A stretch of DNA of 24,000 bases from Stenotrophomonas sp. Iso1 (GCF_027497995.1 NZ_JAODBT010000001.1:1428488-1452487); one strand, 5' to 3'; positions 7,879 through 15,903 are shown, counted from the stretch's first letter. The notes: generated from the letters alone by a model not told the origin. Translations and numbers: made by a program.

Positions 7879-9155
7879 AGCGGCCCACTTTGCGGCGCAA
7901 GTTGCTCGGGTGGCTGGGGGCGTATCTAGCCCTGATCACGCTGGCGGTGTTTGGTGCGGCCAACTATGTGCATGAGCACGCCGAGCACGCGGTCTGGCGT
8001 TCGTTGTTGAACACCGAGCTGGACAGCATTCTGGCGCACATGCGCGTAGATGCTGACTACCATTGGCAGGATTCGGACACGCTGTTTTTCTTCGGTGGCA
8101 ACCCGTCGCAACCCTTGCCCGATTCGTTGGCTGAGTTGAGGCCCGGCCTGCACGACGGAGCACTGCTGGAAGGCCGAAAAAGTGCGGCGATGGTGCGCGA
8201 CACCTCCGACTTCGGCCGCGTGGTGCTGGTGTTGGACATCACCGACTTCGCCGAGCTGGAGCATTTCGCCACCCGTTGGGCAATGCTTGCCGGTGTCGCC
8301 TTGGTGCTGGTCACGCTGTTGATGGCGTGGGTCGGCATGAATCGTTTGGTGCGGCCATTGTCGACGCTGGCGCAGGATATCGGCGCGTTGCGGCCGGAGC
8401 TGCGCGGGCAGAAGGTGGTAGTGCGTTCGGGCGGCAGTGCGGAGCTGGAGGTCATCGCCGGCGCATTGAATGATTACCTGCAGCGCAATGAGCACTTCGT
8501 CGAACGCGAGCGGGTGTTCATCAGTACCGCGAGCCATGAACTGCGCACGCCGATTGCAGTGATTGGCGGCGCGACCGAGTTGGCGCTGGAGCAACCTGAG
8601 TTGCCGGTGAAAGCACGACAGCAATTGCAGCGGATTCGCAATACCACGGCTGGCGTCGAACAGCTGATCCAACTGCTGTTGGTGTTGGTGCGCGACCCGG
8701 CCAAGCTGGCAGCGATGAGCGAGCTGGTGGCGTTGGATCAACTGTTGCCGGAGATCGTCGAGGACCATCGTCACCTGGCCAGCGGCAAAGAGTTGGACCT
8801 GGCGTTGCAGCAGCTCGACGAATGCCGCGTGTTGGCGCCGCTCGGCGTGGTGCAGGCTGCCATTGGCAACCTGTTGCGCAACGCTATCGAGAGCAGTGAC
8901 CGTGGCGTGATTCGCCTGACGGTATCGCCGCAGGCCGTGGTCACCATCGAAGATCCCGGTCATGGCATGAGCCCGGAAGAAGTGGCGCAGGTGTATGCAC
9001 GCATGGCCAAGGGCGAACGCAATATGCGGTTGGGAATCGGTCTGGATTTGATCGCGCGGCTATGCGATCACCTGGGCTGGAAGCTGGACATTCAATCGCA
9101 GCCCGAACGCGGCACTCGGGTCACCCTCGACATGAGTAGTTCGCTGCCGGCATGA
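7875..9155 (+). CDS. sensor histidine kinase (HisKA/HATPase_c, two TM helices flanking a ~110-aa periplasmic domain)
   Basis: TM1 is LGWLGAYLALITLAVFGAA and TM2 is WAMLAGVALVLVTLLMAWV, followed by a HAMP-like linker. H-box STASHELRTPIAVI. ATP-lid motifs DPGHGMSPEE and GIGLDLIARL. Confidence 0.9.
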   Translation: MKRPTLRRKLLGWLGAYLALITLAVFGAANYVHEHAEHAVWRSLLNTELDSILAHMRVDADYHWQDSDTLFFFGGNPSQPLPDSLAELRPGLHDGALLEGRKSAAMVRDTSDFGRVVLVLDITDFAELEHFATRWAMLAGVALVLVTLLMAWVGMNRLVRPLSTLAQDIGALRPELRGQKVVVRSGGSAELEVIAGALNDYLQRNEHFVERERVFISTASHELRTPIAVIGGATELALEQPELPVKARQQLQRIRNTTAGVEQLIQLLLVLVRDPAKLAAMSELVALDQLLPEIVEDHRHLASGKELDLALQQLDECRVLAPLGVVQAAIGNLLRNAIESSDRGVIRLTVSPQAVVTIEDPGHGMSPEEVAQVYARMAKGERNMRLGIGLDLIARLCDHLGWKLDIQSQPERGTRVTLDMSSSLPA

Positions 9156-9300
9156 CGTATGCCTGGATGAGCCGCTGAGGCAGGTGCTCGCCAATCTGAC
9201 CCGTCGCCGGAAACATCCCTGCTTCTACCGTTAAGGCAAGGGAGGGTCGGGGAGGGCTGGCTCTTGCTCGGGACAGCCAGTCCAGTAGCTCACTTTGCTC

Positions 9301-9792
9301 TTACGAAACCGGCAACAACTCGCGCTCGATCAACCACTGGCGTGCATCGTCAGCATCCTGCTCAAACCATGCCTGTGTTGAACCCAGACGGTAGGTGTAA
9401 CCCCACGCATCCATGTCTGTCATCAGGCGCGCGCTGCCGACGCCGGGCAACTGCCCCGCCAGCACAATCTGCAGATAGCAGGTGGCGTCTTCCTCGGGTA
9501 CCGAATCGGTAGCGTCGGTATGTACCTGCGCACGCCGTTCAGGCGGCAACACGATGAGATGGCAGGACTCGTGCAGCATCGAATGCACCGGCGTGTCGTC
9601 GCGCACATAGACATCGCAGGCGATGATGCCGGCCTCGGGTTCGCCCCAGTAACTGCCGGGGATTTTTTCACCGGCCGCAACGTGATTGAGGCGCAGGCCG
9701 TGGCGGCCGAGCAGGGCGGCAGCGTCGTCCCAGTGGATATCACCCACACACAGGATGTCGGCGGTGGCGTCGGGGGTGGTCAGGTCGGGCAT
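9301..9792 (-). CDS. hypothetical protein with an HExxH motif (HESCH)
   Basis: Track ORF 9301..9909 trimmed to the ATG at 9792 (MPDLTTPDATADIL...), because the longer form overlaps minE and its terminator. High GC3. Acidic, with no TM helix or signal peptide. No family recognised. Confidence 0.55.
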   Translation of the reverse strand: MPDLTTPDATADILCVGDIHWDDAAALLGRHGLRLNHVAAGEKIPGSYWGEPEAGIIACDVYVRDDTPVHSMLHESCHLIVLPPERRAQVHTDATDSVPEEDATCYLQIVLAGQLPGVGSARLMTDMDAWGYTYRLGSTQAWFEQDADDARQWLIERELLPVS

Positions 9793-9799
9793 GGGCTTC

Positions 9800-9834
9800 A
9801 AAACCACCGGGGCCGCTGGATTCAGCGGCCCCGG
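9800..9834 (-). terminator. Rho-independent terminator after minE
   Basis: A perfect 12-bp GC-rich stem CCGGGGCCGCTG / CAGCGGCCCCGG (9807-9818 / 9823-9834) with a 4-nt loop. On the minus strand it is followed by TGGTTTTG. It begins 16 nt after the minE stop. Confidence 0.7.
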
Positions 9835-9850
9835 AAGGGTATTGCGGTAA

Positions 9851-10108
9851 TCAGGCCTGGGGGCCTTCCGGTAGGGCCACGGAGATATCGAGCACGTCGT
9901 GCTCGCCATCCTTGACCAGATCCACCTTCACCGCGTCAGCATCGATGTTGACGTACTTCTTGATCACTTCCAGCAGCTCGCGCTGCAGTAGCGGCAAGTA
10001 ATCGGGACCGCCGCGATGGCTGCGCTCCTGCGCAATGATGATCTGCAGGCGGTTCTTGGCGGTTTCTGCGGTGGTCTTCTTGGCCTTGAGGAAATCAAAA
10101 AGTCCCAT
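9851..10108 (-). CDS. minE: cell division topological specificity factor MinE
   Basis: [29 protein letters not shown]... aligns with the canonical MinE N-terminus (membrane-targeting helix plus anti-MinCD region). It sits immediately after minD. I prefer the ATG at 10108 to the GTG at 10114. Confidence 0.93.
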   Translation of the reverse strand: MGLFDFLKAKKTTAETAKNRLQIIIAQERSHRGGPDYLPLLQRELLEVIKKYVNIDADAVKVDLVKDGEHDVLDISVALPEGPQA

Positions 10109-10110
10109 CT

Positions 10111-10920
10111 TCACCCTCCGAACAGCTTGCTGAAGAAGCCCTTTTTCTCAACCGTGATGAAGCGCATCGGGCGCTCATCACCGAGAATGCGTGCGACGGC
10201 ATCGTCGTAGGCTTGGCCGGCTGGCGATTCGCTGTCCAGGATCACCGGTTCGCCCTTGTTGGAGGCGTTGAGCACGTCACCGGATTCGGGCACGACACCG
10301 ATGGCCTTCAGGCCCAGCACTTCTTCCACGTCGGTGATGCTCAGCATCTCACCGGTCTCAACGCGCGACGGGCTGTAGCGGGTGAGCAGCAGGTAGGCGG
10401 GTACGCTCTTGCCGGCTTCGGCATTGGCGGTCTTGGAATCGAGCAGGCCAATGATGCGGTCCGAGTCGCGTACCGAAGACACTTCCGGGTTCACCACGAC
10501 AACGGCGCGATCAGCGAAGTACATCGCCAGGAACGCGCCCTTCTCGATACCCGCCGGTGAGTCGCAGATGATGAAGTCGAAGCCATCGGCGGCCAGGTCC
10601 TTGAGGACCTTCTCCACGCCTTCCTTGTTCAACGCGTCCTTGTCGCGGGTCTGCGAAGCAGCCAGCACGAACAGGTTGTCAAAACGCTTGTCCTTGATCA
10701 GCGCCTGCTTCAGCGTGGCTTCGCCATGGACGACGTTGACGAAGTCATACACCACCCGGCGCTCGCAGCCCATGATCAGGTCAAGGTTGCGCAGGCCGAC
10801 GTCAAAGTCGATGACGGCAACTTTTTTGCCGCGACGAGCAAGCCCGCACGCGATGCTGGCGCTGGACGTCGTCTTGCCAACGCCACCTTTGCCGGAAGTG
10901 ACTACGATGATTTCAGCCAA
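10111..10920 (-). CDS. minD: septum site-determining ATPase MinD
   Basis: [18 protein letters not shown] has the deviant Walker A, and there is a C-terminal amphipathic helix ([11 protein letters not shown]). The start codon is TTG (plus-strand caa at 10918-10920), preceded by AGGAGAG. The conserved MinD N-terminus supports this start. Confidence 0.96.
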   Translation of the reverse strand: MAEIIVVTSGKGGVGKTTSSASIACGLARRGKKVAVIDFDVGLRNLDLIMGCERRVVYDFVNVVHGEATLKQALIKDKRFDNLFVLAASQTRDKDALNKEGVEKVLKDLAADGFDFIICDSPAGIEKGAFLAMYFADRAVVVVNPEVSSVRDSDRIIGLLDSKTANAEAGKSVPAYLLLTRYSPSRVETGEMLSITDVEEVLGLKAIGVVPESGDVLNASNKGEPVILDSESPAGQAYDDAVARILGDERPMRFITVEKKGFFSKLFGG

Positions 10921-10953
10921 AGGATCTCTCCTGAATGTTTCTAGTGAGCTGCG

Positions 10954-11727
10954 TCAATCCAGCGCAGCGATCATGATCTGGTCCTGTTCCAGCCAGACCT
11001 GCACGGCTTTGCCGCGCAGATTGTCGGGAATATCGTCCAGTACCTTGTAACGTCCTGCAATGGCGACCAGTTCAGCGTGGAAGTCGCGGCAGAAAATCCG
11101 CGCGCCCTCATTGCCTTGTGCGCCTGCCAGTGCACGGCCCCGCAGCGTACCGTAGATGTGGATGCTGCCGTCGGCGATCACCTCGGCGCCGGCACCCACT
11201 GTTGCAAGTACGGTCAGGTCGCAGTTCTCGGCATAGAGTTGCTGACCGGAGCGGACAGTTGTGCGCTGCATGCGCCCGGGTTGCGGTGCGGCTGCTGAAG
11301 CGGCTGCCGGTGCGGGCTTGGATTTGGGTTCTGCCACACGCGGTGGCGGGGCGGTTGCCGGTGTCGGTGCCGGTTCACCTGCCGTGCGCTCGTACTGGGC
11401 GCGGAACTTGGCCAGAAGTGGCAGGCCAAGTTGTTCGGACAATTGTTCGGTTTCCTGTGTGCCGTAGGCCAGCGCCACCGGCAGTACGCCGGCCTGGCGC
11501 AGGCCGTTGAGCAAGTCCTGGGCGGTTGCCAGATCTGGGAGTTGGCTCAACCCGCCGAAGTCCAGAATCACTGCCGCCCGCCCGAACAGCTTCGGTGCGC
11601 GGGACACGCGCTCGTGCATTTCCTGAACCAGACGCGCCACATCAAGGGTGCGGATACGCAGGTTGGCAATGCCGACCTGCCCGATTTTCAGCTCACCAGC
11701 TTGTTCGTAATCCAAATTCACTGCCAT
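10954..11727 (-). CDS. minC: septum site-determining protein MinC
   Basis: 257 aa. N-terminal domain, Pro/Ala-rich linker, and C-terminal beta-helix region with the GxGAEVIADGSIHIYGxLRGRAxAG repeat typical of MinC. It lies directly upstream of minD. Confidence 0.9.
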   Translation of the reverse strand: MAVNLDYEQAGELKIGQVGIANLRIRTLDVARLVQEMHERVSRAPKLFGRAAVILDFGGLSQLPDLATAQDLLNGLRQAGVLPVALAYGTQETEQLSEQLGLPLLAKFRAQYERTAGEPAPTPATAPPPRVAEPKSKPAPAAASAAAPQPGRMQRTTVRSGQQLYAENCDLTVLATVGAGAEVIADGSIHIYGTLRGRALAGAQGNEGARIFCRDFHAELVAIAGRYKVLDDIPDNLRGKAVQVWLEQDQIMIAALD

Positions 11728-11728
11728 C

Positions 11729-12319
11729 TCAGGTTCCCGTCGACCGGTGTTGCAGCGGCCGACGTGTGTTGCCCACCCAGGGAACGTCGGGAAGGTTGTC
11801 GCCGTAGGTCTCTTTCACCCATTCATAACTGCACAGTTCCTTGAGCAGCATGCTGGCGCGGACATCCACCGATGGCATGGTGTTCTGGCCCACTTCGCGG
11901 AAACCGAAGCTGCCATGGAACAGCAGTGCGGCGTCGGCGCCGTGGTCAAGGAACACTTCACAGGCCATCTGCGGGTAACGCAGCTCGGCATAACTCTGGG
12001 CATCGGCATAGAACGCACGGCCGACACCACCACCACGGCGCCGGCTGGCCACCACGATGCGGTCGATATAGAAGAAGCTGGGGTAGCGCTGCTGGAACCA
12101 GGCGAAGTTGCAGCTGTCGTGGGGGCTGTGGCTGCCGTAACCCACCAGGAACCCGGCCATGTTGCCGTCACGCTCGGCGACCCGGAAATACTCTGCGGTC
12201 TCGTAGAAGCGCCGGACTTTGGCGGCGTCGAGCGGCAGGATGGCAAGGCCCGCGTTGTTGTTCAGTGCCAGGACGGAATCGAGCTCATGCTCGCGCACGT
12301 CGCGGATGACAATCGACAT
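11729..12319 (-). CDS. GNAT-family N-acetyltransferase
   Basis: Track ORF 11729..13189 trimmed to MSIVIRDVREHELD... (ATG at 12319). The acetyl-CoA binding motif is IVVASRRRGGGVGRAFY (Q/RxxGxG/A). The upstream 290 codons of the track ORF are antisense to the kinase gene. The stop at 11729-11731 lies 1 nt before the minC ATG. Confidence 0.8.
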   Translation of the reverse strand: MSIVIRDVREHELDSVLALNNNAGLAILPLDAAKVRRFYETAEYFRVAERDGNMAGFLVGYGSHSPHDSCNFAWFQQRYPSFFYIDRIVVASRRRGGGVGRAFYADAQSYAELRYPQMACEVFLDHGADAALLFHGSFGFREVGQNTMPSVDVRASMLLKELCSYEWVKETYGDNLPDVPWVGNTRRPLQHRSTGT

Positions 12320-12469
12320 TGTGACTCCGTGGGGTAAAACGGTGGACCCTGAGGCTTTGCGGGTGATTATCGCATGGGGGGGGCGAGGCGGGCGAGCGTC
12401 GGCCATGCCGGTGGGATGCATGACTTCCGTGGGAGGGCGCAAAGCCTCCGTGTTCCTTAACATGGGCGC

Positions 12470-13669
12470 ATGTTGGGACATCTCAGTCACACCCGCGTTC
12501 TCCGCCTGGCCGGCCTGTTCACCTGGGCCTTGGTCAGCTTGCCATTGGTCTACACCCAATACGCTCCCGAAGAGGGCATGATCCAGCCCGGTGCGGGCGA
12601 GGCGACTTGGTTGTTCGCCGCATACCTGGCTTTCGGTGGCTGCTACTTCTGGCTGACCCGGGGGCTTAGCGCGGCCGGCCATACCGGTTGGTATGACCGA
12701 TTGGCCTTGCTGGTGCTGACCATTTCGGCGCTGGCGGTGAGTTACATCTCCGGTACCGGCCTGGGCAGCATCCTGATGATGGTGGCGGCCGGGGTGATCC
12801 CGTGGCTGCTGAGCAAGCGGGTCGGGGTGATCTGGCTGGTGGTGAGCCAGCTGGCGGTGCTGCCGGTCTACAGCCTGATCATGGGGCTGCCGCTGTTTGA
12901 AGCACTGCTGCAGTCGCTGTTGTACGGCGGATTCTCGATGTTTGTGTTCGTGACCAGCTTGGTGGCACGCCAGCAGACTCAAGCCCGGGAAGAGCAGCGC
13001 CGGCTCAATGCCGAGTTGCGGGCAACCCGCCTGCTGCTGGCCGAAAGCGCCCGGGTAAACGAGCGCACCCGCATCTCCCGTGAGCTGCATGACCTGCTGG
13101 GTCATCACCTGACCGCGCTCAGCCTGAATCTGGAAGTTGCCGGGCATATCACCGAAGGCCAGGCCCAGGAGCATGTGCGCCAGGCCCACACGCTGGCCAA
13201 GCTACTCCTTACCGACGTGCGTGAAGCGGTCAGTCAACTGCGTGAAAGCGGCGCTATCGACCTGGTCGCCGCGTTGCGGCCCCTGACTGAACGGGTGCCG
13301 TCGCTGGATATCCACCTGCAAGTGGACGAACCGCTAAACGTCGATGACCCCGAGCGGGCTCACGTTCTGCTGCGCTGCACCCAGGAGATCATCACCAACG
13401 CAGTGCGCCATGCCGGCGCTCACAATCTGTGGATACGGGTAGAAAAAGAAGGTGACAACATCGTCATCGATGCGCGTGATGACGGCATCGGCGGCGAAGT
13501 GGATGAGATCCTGCCGGGAAATGGCCTGCGCGGCATGCGTGAACGGCTGGCCGAGTACGGCGGTGGCTTTGATGTGTCCGCGCGTCGGGGTGAGGGTTTC
13601 CGCCTTCGCGCCAGTCTGCCGGTGGCAACCAATATGATGTTGGCCTCAGGGCCCCAAGGAGTGAGTTGA
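12470..13669 (+). CDS. sensor histidine kinase, HisKA_3 (NarX/DesK/LiaS-like) with a ~6-TM membrane-embedded sensor region
   Basis: Six hydrophobic helices in the first ~170 aa with no sizeable periplasmic loop. H-box RISRELHDLLGHHLTAL. HATPase motifs NAVRHA, DDGIGG and GNGLRGMRERL. Confidence 0.9.
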   Translation: MLGHLSHTRVLRLAGLFTWALVSLPLVYTQYAPEEGMIQPGAGEATWLFAAYLAFGGCYFWLTRGLSAAGHTGWYDRLALLVLTISALAVSYISGTGLGSILMMVAAGVIPWLLSKRVGVIWLVVSQLAVLPVYSLIMGLPLFEALLQSLLYGGFSMFVFVTSLVARQQTQAREEQRRLNAELRATRLLLAESARVNERTRISRELHDLLGHHLTALSLNLEVAGHITEGQAQEHVRQAHTLAKLLLTDVREAVSQLRESGAIDLVAALRPLTERVPSLDIHLQVDEPLNVDDPERAHVLLRCTQEIITNAVRHAGAHNLWIRVEKEGDNIVIDARDDGIGGEVDEILPGNGLRGMRERLAEYGGGFDVSARRGEGFRLRASLPVATNMMLASGPQGVS

Positions 13670-14310
13670 TGATCCGTGTCTGCCTGGTCGACGACCAAAC
13701 TCTGGTACGGCAGGGCATCCGCTCCTTGCTGGCGCTGGATGACAGCATTGAAGTAGTTGCCGAGGCGACCGACGGCCGCCATGCGGTGGAAGTGATTCCT
13801 GTCGTCAAGCCGGATGTCGTGCTGATGGACATGCGCATGCCGATGATGTCCGGCCTCGAAGCGTTGCAGACCTTGAGTCGCCTGGGCCAGCTACCGCCTT
13901 CGATCATCCTGACCACCTTCGACGACGACCAGCTCGTGCTGGCTGGACTCAAGGCGGGCGCCAAGGGCTACCTGCTTAAGGACGTGACGCTGGAACAGCT
14001 GGTGGGGGCAATCCGCACGGTGGCAGGCGGTGGCTCGTTGGTTCAGCCGGCGGTGACCCAGCGGCTGTTGTCGGGCTTGGAGCACATGCGCAACGAGTTC
14101 GTCAGCCTGGATCGGCCTGACCCGCTCACCGACCGGGAGACCGAAATTCTGAGGCTGATGGCCAGCGGCTTCTCCAACAAGGAAATCGCCAATTCACTTG
14201 GGGTGGCGGAGGGCACCATCAAAAATCACGTCTCCAACATTCTTTCCAAGCTTGGCGTGCGTGACCGCACCCGGGCCGTGCTCAAGGCCTTTGAGCTGCA
14301 GTTGGTCTGA
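13669..14310 (+). CDS. NarL/LuxR-family response regulator
   Basis: MIRVCLVDDQTLVRQGI... receiver domain (VVLMDMRMP) plus a C-terminal LuxR HTH (TDRETEILRLMASGFSNKEIANSLGVAEGTIKNHVSNILSKLGV). The ATG at 13669 overlaps the kinase TGA by 1 nt. Confidence 0.95.
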   Translation: MIRVCLVDDQTLVRQGIRSLLALDDSIEVVAEATDGRHAVEVIPVVKPDVVLMDMRMPMMSGLEALQTLSRLGQLPPSIILTTFDDDQLVLAGLKAGAKGYLLKDVTLEQLVGAIRTVAGGGSLVQPAVTQRLLSGLEHMRNEFVSLDRPDPLTDRETEILRLMASGFSNKEIANSLGVAEGTIKNHVSNILSKLGVRDRTRAVLKAFELQLV

Positions 14311-14727
14311 GTGACGGGATGGTTGGCCCGCTGCCAATGCGCGGCGGGCGTTCGAGCGGCGGAGGCGGCTCGGTTGGGTCGATACGAATGTGTGTCGCCA
14401 TCCTTCAGTTGAGCCGGATTCTGCCGATGAGGGCTTCCACTGACACATGGCAACGGCTTGTCTTTAAAAAAACATGCATAAATGCTGGTGCTCGCCTGCG
14501 GACTGAGGTGAAAATGGACAGCAGGGGCCGCCCAACGGCCCGTGCTATCGCCAGAAGGCGCGTATCGTTGGTAATGGATGCGTTACCTTGCGCCCGAGCG
14601 ATGGGATGCCGTAATCGGGCAAGGAAACCGGTACGCCATTTGTAATCAACAACGTGCGAAAAGCCTGCTAGGATGGGGGCTTCGCTTCAATCAACCCGGC
14701 CGTGGGATCGGCCACGGAGACTCTTGA

Positions 14728-15870
14728 ATGACCCGTATTATCGAGTTCCTGATTGCCTTGGGGATCGTGGCTGGCCTGTTCGTCATCATTGGCGTGTGCT
14801 TGCCGGGCGAGCGCCATATTTCTGAAAGCATCGAAACCAACCGCAAGATGACGATCGTGTATGACACGGTCAACAGCCTGCGCCGATTCAAGGACTGGAA
14901 CCCGCTGGTGCTGCGCGATAAGGGCGTGGAACTGAAGTTCAGCGGTCCGGACGCCGGCAAGGGCGCCCGCATGGATTACAGCTCCAAGGACAGCACGCTG
15001 GGCCAGGGTAGCTGGGAGATCACCGAAAGCGAGAAGAACAAGCGCGTCGTGATTGCCATCGATGACCAGACCCGTGGTCACGACAAGGTCACTGCCTTCA
15101 CTCTTGAGCCGACCGGTAAGAACGACCGCAACGTCAAGATCACGCAGGAGTACAGCGTCAAGTACGGCTTCGACCTGTTCGGTCGCTATGCTGGCCTGTA
15201 CGTGAGCCGCCATATTGGTGATGACGTCAAGCTGGGCCTGGGGCGTATGGCCAACATGCTGGCCTCGGTGCCGAACGTGGATTACCGCGCTCCCGATGCC
15301 CCGCTGACCGACCTGAAGGTTGTGGACGTGCCGGCAGAAGATCTGCTGGTGGTCAACGCCGGCAACATCGATCGCAACAACGACAGCATCCGCCAGTCCA
15401 TCGAGGACAACCAGGAATGGATCAAGCGCACGATGGAGGCCAATGGTCTTGAAGCCGCCGGTCCGGTGCGCATCGTGACCACCGATTTCGGTGCCGAGAA
15501 GTATGCGTTCGACGTGGTGCAGCCGGTGCGCAAGCGCAGTGGTGCTGCTCCGGCCGCTGACAAGAAGGAAGGCGAGGCTGACAAGGCCGCTGCCGCTCCG
15601 GTTGCCGTGGCTGCTGTCGATGGTCAGTTGAATGTCAAGGTCCCGGCGGGCAACCCGGTCAAGTATGTGCATGCAGATGCCCGTCGCGCCGCTTTTGCTT
15701 CCTACACCGGCCACATGGCAGGTCTGGATATCGCTCGTAACGCACTGCGTGCATGGGCGACGACCACCGGTAGCGAAGTGATCGATCGTCCGTACGAGTC
15801 CTGGAAGGGTGGCGTGGCCAAGGGCTTCACCACGGAAGGCAGCTACGACATCTACTGGGCAGTCAAGTAA
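14728..15870 (+). CDS. membrane-anchored two-domain protein: SRPBCC (START/polyketide-cyclase-like) N-terminal domain + GyrI-like (small-molecule-binding) C-terminal domain
   Basis: N-terminal TM anchor IIEFLIALGIVAGLFVIIGVCL. The ~150-aa region has an SRPBCC-like pattern. An Ala/Lys-rich linker precedes a C-terminal region ending in the ...YDIYWAVK pattern seen in GyrI-like domains. GGAGA lies 7 nt before the ATG. The domain calls are by eye. Confidence 0.65.
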   Translation: MTRIIEFLIALGIVAGLFVIIGVCLPGERHISESIETNRKMTIVYDTVNSLRRFKDWNPLVLRDKGVELKFSGPDAGKGARMDYSSKDSTLGQGSWEITESEKNKRVVIAIDDQTRGHDKVTAFTLEPTGKNDRNVKITQEYSVKYGFDLFGRYAGLYVSRHIGDDVKLGLGRMANMLASVPNVDYRAPDAPLTDLKVVDVPAEDLLVVNAGNIDRNNDSIRQSIEDNQEWIKRTMEANGLEAAGPVRIVTTDFGAEKYAFDVVQPVRKRSGAAPAADKKEGEADKAAAAPVAVAAVDGQLNVKVPAGNPVKYVHADARRAAFASYTGHMAGLDIARNALRAWATTTGSEVIDRPYESWKGGVAKGFTTEGSYDIYWAVK

Positions 15871-15903
15871 TCGCCCGGTTGTTGACGATGAGATGATTGT
15901 CAG

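Noticed and set aside
10108-10114. GTG start for minE at 10114 (track ORF MKMGLFDF...)
   Set aside because: The conserved MinE N-terminus begins at MGLFDFL. The ATG at 10108 gives that N-terminus and sits 2 nt after the minD stop codon. The GTG would add two residues not seen in the family. A termination-reinitiation start at the GTGA cannot be formally excluded.
12351-12448. 11-bp perfect inverted repeat GAGGCTTTGCG (12351-12361) / CGCAAAGCCTC (12438-12448), separated by 76 nt, in the GNAT/kinase divergent region
   Set aside because: No extension of pairing occurs on either side. For a 24-kb GC-biased window with ~100-nt spacing allowed, roughly one such 11-mer match is expected by chance. 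I keep it only as a note.
12320-13189. The 5' ~290 codons of the 486-aa track ORF 11729..13189 (-)
   Set aside because: It is antisense to the HisKA_3 kinase gene. The composition is low-complexity and rich in Gln, His, Pro and Arg. The GNAT fold starts at the MSIVIRD ATG (12319).
14319-14645. 108-aa track ORF (+) in the long intergenic region
   Set aside because: The composition is Arg/Gly-rich junk and GC3 is far below that of real genes here. No start context exists at 14319. Only the internal SD-led 43-codon piece is mentioned, with caveats, in the findings.
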